Part shown: piece by piece, positions 48,527 through 56,275 of the stretch
Layout: each line of letters starts with the position of its first letter
Position numbering within the stretch: the stretch's first letter is position 1
Source of the DNA: Sphingomonas bacterium
Lineage (GTDB): Bacteria; Pseudomonadota; Alphaproteobacteria; Sphingomonadales; Sphingomonadaceae
Direction: 5' to 3'
Assembly (NCBI RefSeq): GCF_028292945.1
Contig: NZ_JAQGLJ010000022.1
Location: 14,436 to 78,435, forward strand
Length of the DNA stretch: 64,000 bases
The notes under the pieces: model-generated
Databases searched by the model: none
What the model was told of the DNA's origin: nothing
The model's input: the letters and a program-made list of their open reading frames with translations, nothing else
Position numbers and translations under genes: made by a program

Positions 48527-49071
48527 GCCAGTCGGCGGCCACGCGCCGCCAGCCAGCCCAGCCCGGCGAACAGCATCAGCGCCCACCAGCCGCCGTCGGT
48601 GCGGTACAGATACACCAGGCCCATTGCCGCGGCGGCGATCAGCACCAGCGCGGCGACGCGAGGCGTTGTTATCAGGCACGCTAGTGCGGTCCCGGCGACC
48701 AGCGCCACCCCGGCGTTGATCGCGAACCACCAATAGGACGCGTCCGGCCCGATCGACCCCGCTCCCGGCAGCTTGACCGTCGCGAAACCGCGCATCGCAT
48801 TGGGGAACAGATCGGCCGACAGGTGCAACCCGATGCCGAGCGCCAGTCCGGCTGCGACTGCGAAACCGCGTCGATGCCAGCAGGCAAGGGCCGCAGGCAG
48901 TACGCTGTGCGTCAGCCCGCTGCGGTGGCCGATACCCAGATACAGGTCGAGATCGGGCAGCGTCGTGCCTGCCCACGCGGCAGCGAGGATCGCGAGCGCC
49001 GCTGCCCAGGAGAAGCGGGCGGCGAGCGCTGCAAGCCCGGCGGCCAGTAGCAGGAACCCAAAGGCTTGCAT
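48520..49071 (-). CDS. membrane-bound metal-dependent hydrolase-like protein (YdjM/DUF457-like)
   Basis: 183 aa, multi-TM, with His-containing motifs LPDLDL..GHRSGLTHS and GLHLSADL typical of DUF457. Confidence 0.55.
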   Translation of the reverse strand: MQAFGFLLLAAGLAALAARFSWAAALAILAAAWAGTTLPDLDLYLGIGHRSGLTHSVLPAALACWHRRGFAVAAGLALGIGLHLSADLFPNAMRGFATVKLPGAGSIGPDASYWWFAINAGVALVAGTALACLITTPRVAALVLIAAAAMGLVYLYRTDGGWWALMLFAGLGWLAARGRRLAQ

Positions 49072-49080
49072 CAGTCTCCG

Positions 49081-49200
49081 TCACCCGGCCTTGAGCCGGG
49101 GTCCAACGCGCCCCCGGCCGTGCCGTTCGAGGCACGATGGATGCCGGCGCAAGGGCTCCCGGCAAAGTAGTACTTTGCTGGGCCCCCACGGCCGGCATGA
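49081..49200. repeat. composite GC-rich palindromic element (nested stem-loops) in the divergent promoter gap
   Basis: Stems: ACCCGGC(49083-89)/GCCGGGGT(49095-102); CGTGCC(49119-24)/GGCACG(49131-36); ATGCCGGC(49141-48)/GCCGGCAT(49191-98), which encloses CCGGCAAAGTA-G-TACTTTGCTGG (49159-81). Confidence 0.4.
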
Positions 49201-49248
49201 CGGATTAGGTGTAGAACCGGTCTTCCGCCTTGCCTAACAGCATCACCC

Positions 49249-49920
49249 ATGTGGCAGCTTTTCCAATTCCCCCTGTGCCCCTTTTCCCGGAAAGTTCGCC
49301 TGCTGCTGGGCGAGAAGAACATCGGCTATCAGCTCGTGCGCGAGTCGCCCTGGCAGCGCCGCGACGAGTTCCTGGACATGAACCCGGCCGGGCAGACGCC
49401 GGTGATGGTCGATCCCGGCCGCGGCATCATGTTGATCGATTCGATGGCGATCTGCGAATATCTGGAGGAGACGGTCGAAAAGTCCGCGACGATCAACGGC
49501 ACCGCCGTCAATCGCGCGGAGATCCGCCGCCTGGTGACGTGGTTCGACACGCAATTCTTTCGCGAGGTGACCGGCCCGCTGCTGTACGAGCGGATGGAAA
49601 AGCGCGTGGCGCTGGGGCAGGCGCCCGATGCGCGCGGCCTGCGCGACGCGATGAAGGGTGCGATCAAGCATCTCGATTATACCGACTATCTGCTCGATCA
49701 CCGGCAGTGGCTGGGCGGCGCGACGCTGAGCCTCGCCGATCTCGCGGCGGCGGCGCAGATCTCGGTCACCGATTATCTGGGCGGCATCGACTGGAAAGGG
49801 CACGAGCAGACCGCGCGCTGGTATCGCGGGCTGAAAAGCCGGCCGAGCTTTCGCCCGTTGCTGAGCGAGCGGATGGAGATGGTGACGCCGCCCTCGCACT
49901 ACGACAATGTCGATTTCTGA
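49249..49920 (+). CDS. glutathione S-transferase family protein (Cys-type CPFS active-site motif)
   Basis: 223 aa. The thioredoxin-like N-domain reads MWQLFQFPLCPFSRKVRLLL...QTPVMVD..IDSMAICEYL, followed by a helical GST C-domain. Confidence 0.85.
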   Translation: MWQLFQFPLCPFSRKVRLLLGEKNIGYQLVRESPWQRRDEFLDMNPAGQTPVMVDPGRGIMLIDSMAICEYLEETVEKSATINGTAVNRAEIRRLVTWFDTQFFREVTGPLLYERMEKRVALGQAPDARGLRDAMKGAIKHLDYTDYLLDHRQWLGGATLSLADLAAAAQISVTDYLGGIDWKGHEQTARWYRGLKSRPSFRPLLSERMEMVTPPSHYDNVDF

Positions 49921-50291
49921 TGCACGTCGGCGCCGGTCCTGACGCGCCTGCGGCAGCGCAGATCGGCTTCGACGACTGGCTGCGGGTCGACATCCGGGTT
50001 GGCACGGTGGTCGCGGCCGAGCCGTTTCCCGAGGCGCGCAAGCCGGCGCTGAAGCTGCGCATCGATTTCGGCGCCGTCATCGGCGTCAAGCGATCGTCGG
50101 CGCAGATCACCGAACATTATGCGCCGGAGCAGCTGCTGGGGCGGCAGGTGGCGGCGGTGGTCAACTTCGCGCCACGCCAGATCGGCCGCTTTCTGTCGGA
50201 GGTGCTGTGTCTCGGCTTCCCCGACGCGGGTGGGGCAGTGGTGCTGATCGCGCCCGACGCGAAACTGCCCGACGGCGGCCGGCTGTTCTGA
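49920..50291 (+). CDS. csaA: tRNA-binding (OB-fold) protein, CsaA/YgjH-like
   Basis: 123 aa. The ATG overlaps the GST TGA. FDDWLRVDIRVGTVVAAEPFPEARKPALKLRIDFG...SSAQIT..Y is a typical tRNA_bind domain. Confidence 0.8.
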   Translation: MHVGAGPDAPAAAQIGFDDWLRVDIRVGTVVAAEPFPEARKPALKLRIDFGAVIGVKRSSAQITEHYAPEQLLGRQVAAVVNFAPRQIGRFLSEVLCLGFPDAGGAVVLIAPDAKLPDGGRLF

Positions 50292-50998
50292 TCCGCGTCG
50301 GCACCGCGGGCTGGGCGATCCCGGCGGCAGTGCGCGACGCGTTCCCGGCCGAGGGAACGGCGCTGCAACGCTATGCCGCACGGTTTGGCGCGGTCGAGAT
50401 CAACTCCAGTTTCCACCGCCCGCACCGCCGCGCGACCTACGAACGCTGGGCCGCGAGCGTGCCGCCGGGGTTCAGGTTTGCGGCCAAGCTGCCCAAGACG
50501 ATCACGCACGGGGCGCGGCTGATCGACTGCGACGCGTTGCTGGTGAAGTTCGCAGACGAAGTCGGCGGCCTCGGCGACCGGCTCGGACCGATCCTGGTGC
50601 AATTGCCGCCGAGCCTTGCCCTTGATGCGGAGGTAGCGGCTAGCTTCTTCGACCGGCTGGCGGCGGTGCTGCCGGCCGCGCATGCCTGCGAGCCGCGTCA
50701 CGCGAGCTGGTTCACGGCCGAGGCCGACGCGCTGCTTGCCGGCCACCGCGTCGCGCGCGTCGCGGCCGACCCGGCGCGGGTTCCCGAAGCAGCACTGCCG
50801 GGCGGCTGGCGCGGCCTCACCTACGCCCGCTGGCACGGCTCGCCGGCGATGTACCGGTCGAGCTACGACGATGCGGCGTTGGCGGGGCATGCGGGGGTGG
50901 CGCGGGCCGAAGGGGAGAGCTGGACCTTCTACGACAACACTACGCTTGGCGCGGCCACGCCGAATGCGCTGGCGTTGGTCGATCTGCTCGCCCCGTAG
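50207..50998 (+). CDS. DUF72 domain-containing protein
   Basis: The DUF72 pattern IRVGTAGW...YA..F..VEINSSFH starts at about 50291. The only canonical start is the ATG at 50207, 85 nt inside csaA. An in-frame CTG at 50288 overlaps the csaA stop (CTGA) and is a possible true start. Confidence 0.75.
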   Translation: MSRLPRRGWGSGADRARRETARRRPAVLIRVGTAGWAIPAAVRDAFPAEGTALQRYAARFGAVEINSSFHRPHRRATYERWAASVPPGFRFAAKLPKTITHGARLIDCDALLVKFADEVGGLGDRLGPILVQLPPSLALDAEVAASFFDRLAAVLPAAHACEPRHASWFTAEADALLAGHRVARVAADPARVPEAALPGGWRGLTYARWHGSPAMYRSSYDDAALAGHAGVARAEGESWTFYDNTTLGAATPNALALVDLLAP

Positions 50999-51088
50999 AG
51001 TTCGAAGCCGCCACCGCCCCGCCACGGTCACCCTTGGCCGTACATGGAATTCTGCTATGAGTAAGGCCTCAGCAAAGTGGAGGCGACG

Positions 51089-51139
51089 ATGGACGATTGT
51101 TGCGGTAAAGACTGCCCCTGCTGCCAAAAGGGCAAGTAA
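51089..51139 (+). CDS. candidate 16-aa Cys-rich micropeptide MDDCCGKDCPCCQKGK
   Basis: The ATG is preceded by GGAGG (51079-51083) with a 5-nt spacer and the ORF ends in TAA. Five of 16 residues are Cys. It sits in an otherwise empty 173-bp gap between convergent genes. Too short for the ORF track. Confidence 0.35.
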   Translation: MDDCCGKDCPCCQKGK

Positions 51140-51171
51140 ACACGTTTGGATCCGACGGCCGGTGGCGACCT

Positions 51172-51846
51172 TCAGTCTTCGCCGGCCGCCAGCAGCGACT
51201 CATCAAACTGCGCGAGCAGGTCCGCCACATCGTCATAGATCACCGCCGCGCCCGCCTCGCGCAGCACGTCGTCGCTGAACCCGCCCGAGCGCACCGCGAC
51301 CGGCGTCATCCCGCACCGCTTTGCAGCCTCCATGTCGAACGGCGAGTCGCCGACCACCACCACCGCGTCGGCCGCGATGCCGTTCGCCTTCTTCAGTGCG
51401 ACGGCGAAGATGTCGGGGGCGGGCTTGGAATGTTCGACATCGTCGATGGTGGTAACCACGTCGACCAGCCCGGCGATGCCGAGCAGCTGCTGGTAGTGGT
51501 CGAGTTCGTCCTTACCCGCCGACGAGGCGAGCGCGACGAGGCGACCGCTGGCGTGGACGCGTTCGACCAGCTCCCGCGCCTGCGGAAAGGCGGCGGCGGT
51601 CTCCAGAAAACGGTCCTTGAAGATGCGGCCGTGCGCGTCGCCCAGCGCCTCGGCTGTGTCCTCGTTGGCGCCAGGCAAGAGGGTGGGGACGAGGTTGTCG
51701 GCGCCCTTGCCGATCTGCGCAGCGATGCGCTCGGGATCGATGTCATGGCCGGCGTCGGCGAACGCCTGCACCCAGGCGTCCACATGCAGGCGGTTGGTGT
51801 CGACCAGCGTCCCGTCGAGGTCGAAGAAGACCGCACGACAGGTCAT
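51172..51846 (-). CDS. HAD family hydrolase (phosphatase)
   Basis: 224 aa. HAD motifs: FFDLDGTLVDT, ALASS, K..., VVGDSPFDMEAA. The ATG overlaps the pepN TGA (ATGA). Confidence 0.85.
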   Translation of the reverse strand: MTCRAVFFDLDGTLVDTNRLHVDAWVQAFADAGHDIDPERIAAQIGKGADNLVPTLLPGANEDTAEALGDAHGRIFKDRFLETAAAFPQARELVERVHASGRLVALASSAGKDELDHYQQLLGIAGLVDVVTTIDDVEHSKPAPDIFAVALKKANGIAADAVVVVGDSPFDMEAAKRCGMTPVAVRSGGFSDDVLREAGAAVIYDDVADLLAQFDESLLAAGED

Positions 51847-54440
51847 GGGTCGATACTCTTGCTGGCTTGTTCGAACAGGTCGCGCGACAGGCCGGGAGTC
51901 GCGGTGATTCGCTCCAGCTCGGCGCGCATCAGCGCGGCCCGGCCCGCATCGTACCGCTTCCAGCGGGCGAGCGGCGGCAACAGCTTGGCGGCGGTCTGCG
52001 GGTTGAGCTTGTCGAGCGCGATCAGCTGGTCGGCGAGCAGGCGGTAGCCGGAACCGTCGGCGGCGTTGAACGCGCGCTGGTTGACCCCGAATGCGCCGAC
52101 CAGCGCGCGCGCGCGATTGGGATTGGCGAGCGTGAAGTCACGGTGCTGCAACAGCTCCGTCACCGTGACGCCGGTGTCATCGCGCGACGACAGCGCCTGC
52201 GTCTGGAACCATTTGTCGAGCACCAGCGCGTTGTCGGCATAGCGGTTGTAGAAGATGTCGAGCGCCGCCACACGCTCGTTGCTGTCACCGTTCGCCAGCG
52301 TGGTCAGCGCGGCCTGCCGATCGGTCATGTTGTCCGCCACCTCGAACTGCGTGAACGCGAGCTTCGCCGCGTCACCCGCCCCGGACGCGGCGATGTAGCC
52401 GAGCGCCACGTTGCGCAGCCGGCGCAGACCCTTGGCGGCGGGCGAATAGGTGTAAGGTTCGCGCGCACCGCTGTACTTCTCGCGCCATTGCCCGTCGAGG
52501 CGACGGCCGAGCTCGCGCCGCAGCCCTTCGCGCGCTCGGAAGATCGCGTCGGGATCGACGATGGCGAGCTGATCGCCGACGAAGCTCTCGGCGGGCAGCA
52601 GCACCGCCTCCGCGACGAATGCCGGATCGAGATCGGGGTCCGCCAGCGTCGCCGCCACCGCCTTCACGACGGCGTCGCTGTCCGCGCGACCCTCCACCGT
52701 CGCCGCGACGAGCGTGTCGAGCATCAGCTGCTGCATCGCCTCGTAGCGCGCGAACGGATCATCGTCGTGCGCGGACAGGAACGCCAGATCCGCGGCCGAG
52801 CGGTCGCTTTCGATCACCACCGGAGCCGAAAAGCCGCGGTTTATCGACAGCACCGGCCGCTCGCCCATGTCGTCGAAGACCAGCGTCTCGCTTGCCCGAT
52901 CCAGCATGACCAGCTGCTCGGCCCCGAGCGGCCGGCCGGTGTCCGCGCCGAACAGGCGCAGCTTCAGCGGCAACACCATCGGCTGCTTGTGGGGCTGACC
53001 CGGCGTGGCGGGCAGGTGCTGCGCCAGCCGCAGCGTCGTGCGACCCCCCTCTTGCGACAGGGCGTCGTGCGTCAGCTCGGCGACGACGCGCGGCGTACCG
53101 GCCTGCGAATACCACAGCCGGAACTGCGTCAGGTCGACCCCACCGCCGAATTCCATGCAGCGCACGAAATCCTCGCACGTCGCGGCGGTGCCGTCATAGC
53201 GATCGAAATACAGATCGGTCGCCATCCGGAAGCGCTGCGGCCCCAGGATCGTCGCCATCATGCGGATCAGCTCCGCGCCCTTGTTGTAGATGGTGGCGGT
53301 GTAGAAGTTGGAGATCTCCTGATATTCGTCGGGCCGGACCGGGTGCGCGAGCGGGCCCGCGTCCTCCGGGAACTGCGCGGCGCGAAGCCCGCGCACGTCC
53401 TCGATGCGCTTGACCGCAGCACTGCCCTGATCGGCGGAAAAGCCCTGGTCGCGATAGACGGTGAACCCCTCCTTCAGCGACAGCTGGAACCAGTCGCGGC
53501 AGGTGACGCGGTTGCCCGACCAGTTGTGAAAATATTCGTGCGCGACCACCGTGGCGATCCCGTCGTAATCATAGTCGGTCGCGGTATCAGGGTCGGCCAG
53601 GATGTAGCGGCTGTTGAAGATGTTCAGCCCCTTGTTCTCCATCGCCCCGAAATTGAAATCGTCGACCGCGACGATGTTGAACACGTCGAGATCGTACTCG
53701 CGCCCGTACGCCTTTTCGTCCCACGCCATCGACAGCTTGAGCGCGTGCATGGCATGCGCGGTGCGCGGCAGGTCGGCCTCGCGCACCCAGATACCGAGCT
53801 GCACCGTGCGGCCCGAAGCGGTGACGAAGCTGTCGCGATTGCAGGCGAGATCGCCTGCGACCAGCGCGAACAGGTAGCACGGCTTCAGGAACGGGTCGTG
53901 CCACTCGGCCCAGTGCGTGCCGTCCGCCTCATCTCCGGCCGCGATCGGATCGCCATTGGCGAGCAGCACCGGATAGCGCGCCTTGTCCGCGCTCAGGCGT
54001 ACGCGATAGCGGCTGAGCACGTCCGGGCGATCGGGGAAGAAGGTAATGCGGCGAAAGCCCTCCGCCTCGCACTGCGTGCACAGATTGCCGCCCGATGCGT
54101 ACAGCCCCATCAGCTGCGTGTTGGCGGCGGGCGCGATCTCGACCTCGGTTTCGATCGTGTGCGTATCGCCCGACAGCGCGATGACGAGCTGCTCGTTCTC
54201 CATGCGCCAGTCGTTGATCGCGACGCCGTCGACGCTGACCGACAGCGGCGTCAGCCCGTCGCCGTCGAGGCGCAGCGGTTCGTCGGGCGTAGAACGGGTG
54301 ACGTGCAGCGTCGCCCTGACCCGCGTCGCGACCGGATCGAGCCGAAAGTCGAGCACCACGTCCGGCACCAGCCAGGCGGGAGGGCGGTAATCCACACGCC
54401 GGGTGACGTGTGGGGCGCTGAGGCTCTGCTGCATGTCCAT
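51843..54440 (-). CDS. pepN: aminopeptidase N (M1 family)
   Basis: 865 aa from MDMQQSLSAPHV.... Motifs: GAMEN, and the zinc motif HEYFHNWSGNRVTCRDWFQLSLKEG (HExxH-x18-E). The upstream ORF extension was rejected. Confidence 0.9.
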   Translation of the reverse strand: MDMQQSLSAPHVTRRVDYRPPAWLVPDVVLDFRLDPVATRVRATLHVTRSTPDEPLRLDGDGLTPLSVSVDGVAINDWRMENEQLVIALSGDTHTIETEVEIAPAANTQLMGLYASGGNLCTQCEAEGFRRITFFPDRPDVLSRYRVRLSADKARYPVLLANGDPIAAGDEADGTHWAEWHDPFLKPCYLFALVAGDLACNRDSFVTASGRTVQLGIWVREADLPRTAHAMHALKLSMAWDEKAYGREYDLDVFNIVAVDDFNFGAMENKGLNIFNSRYILADPDTATDYDYDGIATVVAHEYFHNWSGNRVTCRDWFQLSLKEGFTVYRDQGFSADQGSAAVKRIEDVRGLRAAQFPEDAGPLAHPVRPDEYQEISNFYTATIYNKGAELIRMMATILGPQRFRMATDLYFDRYDGTAATCEDFVRCMEFGGGVDLTQFRLWYSQAGTPRVVAELTHDALSQEGGRTTLRLAQHLPATPGQPHKQPMVLPLKLRLFGADTGRPLGAEQLVMLDRASETLVFDDMGERPVLSINRGFSAPVVIESDRSAADLAFLSAHDDDPFARYEAMQQLMLDTLVAATVEGRADSDAVVKAVAATLADPDLDPAFVAEAVLLPAESFVGDQLAIVDPDAIFRAREGLRRELGRRLDGQWREKYSGAREPYTYSPAAKGLRRLRNVALGYIAASGAGDAAKLAFTQFEVADNMTDRQAALTTLANGDSNERVAALDIFYNRYADNALVLDKWFQTQALSSRDDTGVTVTELLQHRDFTLANPNRARALVGAFGVNQRAFNAADGSGYRLLADQLIALDKLNPQTAAKLLPPLARWKRYDAGRAALMRAELERITATPGLSRDLFEQASKSIDP

Positions 54441-54469
54441 GGAGCGGATATACGCACGAAAGGGCAAAA

Positions 54470-54491
54470 ATCCTCCCCATCCGGGGAGGAT
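54470..54491. repeat. REP-like hairpin ATCCTCCCC-N4-GGGGAGGAT
   Basis: A 9-bp perfect stem in the pepN/M28 divergent gap. It has the same CCTCCCC/GGGGAGG core as the hairpins at 57890-57909 and 58002-58020. Confidence 0.4.
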
Positions 54492-54544
54492 TGCGCCACG
54501 CCGCCGCCATGCTACCGCCCCGACACACACGATAAGGATCGAGG

Positions 54545-56275
54545 ATGTTTCGCATTTCCGCCGCGCTGGGTCTCGCGCTGCTGACCGGGGCGGCGGTCGC
54601 CCAGCGCCCGGAGCCGGCCGCCAGGGTCGATGCGCGCATGGCCGCGCCGCTGCCTGCCGACCAGGCCGCGATGAAGGCGCATGTGCTGTTCCTCGCTTCC
54701 GATGCGATGCGTGGGCGTGAGGCCGGCAGCGCCGAATACGACATCGCGGCACAGTATGTGGCCGCGCAGTTCTACGCCGCCGGGCTGAGGCCGGCTGGCG
54801 ACGCCGACGCCGCGGGCACCGGCTATCTGCAGCGCGTGCCGATGGTAAGCTATCGGGTCGAGGGGCCGGGGAAGTTCGCGTGGAAGCCGAGGAACGGGCG
54901 CGCGCAGCCGTTGGCGCCGGGCGCCGACTTCATCGCCACGGCCAATGCCGCCCGGGCGGAGACCCGCGTCAGCGCGCCCGTCGTCTTCGTCGGCCACGGC
55001 GTCACCGCACCGCAATATGGCCATGACGACTACAAGGGCGTCGATGTGCGCGGCAAGATCGTCGCCGTGGTGAACGGCGCGCCGGCGGGGTTCGGGGGCG
55101 AGGAATCCGCCTTCTTCGCGAGGGCCGGCACAAAGGCGCGCACGGCACAGGCAAGGGGCGCCGTCGGGCTGATCACCGTCGCCGCGCGCGCCGCGCCTCC
55201 ACGTCCTGCCGCCGCGCCCGCTGCGGCGCCGGGCGCGACGGCGGCACCCCTGGCCGCTGTTCAGCCCGTCGTACCCGCCCCCGCGCCCGTCCTGCCTCGC
55301 GGGCCGGCGCGGATGACCTGGGCCAATCCCGACGGCACCGGCCGTGTCGATGCGGCGGGCGCGCCGATGCTTGGCTCACTGACGGCGCTGGGCGCGGCGA
55401 AGCTGTTCGGCGCGGACTATTCGCGCATCACGGCGGCCGCGGCGGCGGGGGAGAAGGCGCGCTACACCGCGATCCGGCCCGCCGGCGTCCTGTCGGTCGA
55501 GGTGAACACGAGCTTCGAGAAGGTCGCGAGCAGCAATGTCGTCGGCGTGATCCCCGGCAGCGATCCGAAGGTCGGCAAGGAAGTGGTCGTCCTGTCGGCG
55601 CATCTCGACCATATCGGCGTGCGGACGACAGGAGAGGGCGACCGGATCAACAACGGCGCGCTCGACAATGCGATCGGGATCGCCAGCCTGATCGAGGAGG
55701 CGAAGCGTTTCGCGGCATCCGGCACGCCACCCAGGCGCACCGTCATGTTCCTGGCGGTGACCGCTGAGGAAAAGGGGCTGGTGGGCGCGGATTACTTTGC
55801 GAACCATCCCACCGTGCCGATCGGCAACATCGTCGCGAACGTGAACCTCGACATGCCGGTGCTGCTCTACCGTTTCCAGGACATGACCGTGTTCGGGGCG
55901 GAGCGGTCGACGCTGGGCCCGATCGTCCGCCGCGCGGCGCAGTCGGCGGGGGTCGACCTGACCCCCGACGCGAACCCGGAAGAAGCGTTCTTCGTCCGCT
56001 CCGACCATTTCCGCTTTGTCGAAAAGGGAGTGCCGTCGGTCTTCCTCTGGCCCGGGCAGAAGGGCGACGGCGGCGCGTTCCGGAACTTCCTCAAGACCTG
56101 CTACCATCGCCCGTGCGACGAACTCGCCAAACAGCCGATCCTGTGGGATCAGGGCGTGCGCTTCGTCGACGTCAATTACCGCATCGCCCGCGAGATCGCC
56201 GACGGGCCGGCGCGGCCGGTGTGGAACAAGGGCGATTATTTCGGGATGTTGTTCAAGGGACCGATGGCTAAATGA
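54545..56275 (+). CDS. secreted M28 family peptidase with PA domain (paralog 1)
   Basis: 576 aa. Signal peptide present, plus HLDHIGV, NNGALDNAIG, TAEEKGLVGADYF. An Ala/Pro-rich insertion lies at about 55180-55312. Confidence 0.85.
   Translation: MFRISAALGLALLTGAAVAQRPEPAARVDARMAAPLPADQAAMKAHVLFLASDAMRGREAGSAEYDIAAQYVAAQFYAAGLRPAGDADAAGTGYLQRVPMVSYRVEGPGKFAWKPRNGRAQPLAPGADFIATANAARAETRVSAPVVFVGHGVTAPQYGHDDYKGVDVRGKIVAVVNGAPAGFGGEESAFFARAGTKARTAQARGAVGLITVAARAAPPRPAAAPAAAPGATAAPLAAVQPVVPAPAPVLPRGPARMTWANPDGTGRVDAAGAPMLGSLTALGAAKLFGADYSRITAAAAAGEKARYTAIRPAGVLSVEVNTSFEKVASSNVVGVIPGSDPKVGKEVVVLSAHLDHIGVRTTGEGDRINNGALDNAIGIASLIEEAKRFAASGTPPRRTVMFLAVTAEEKGLVGADYFANHPTVPIGNIVANVNLDMPVLLYRFQDMTVFGAERSTLGPIVRRAAQSAGVDLTPDANPEEAFFVRSDHFRFVEKGVPSVFLWPGQKGDGGAFRNFLKTCYHRPCDELAKQPILWDQGVRFVDVNYRIAREIADGPARPVWNKGDYFGMLFKGPMAK

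Noticed and set aside
51044-51064. 6-codon mini-ORF MEFCYE upstream of the Cys-rich smORF.
   Set aside because: It has no Shine-Dalgarno sequence and is too short to distinguish from chance.
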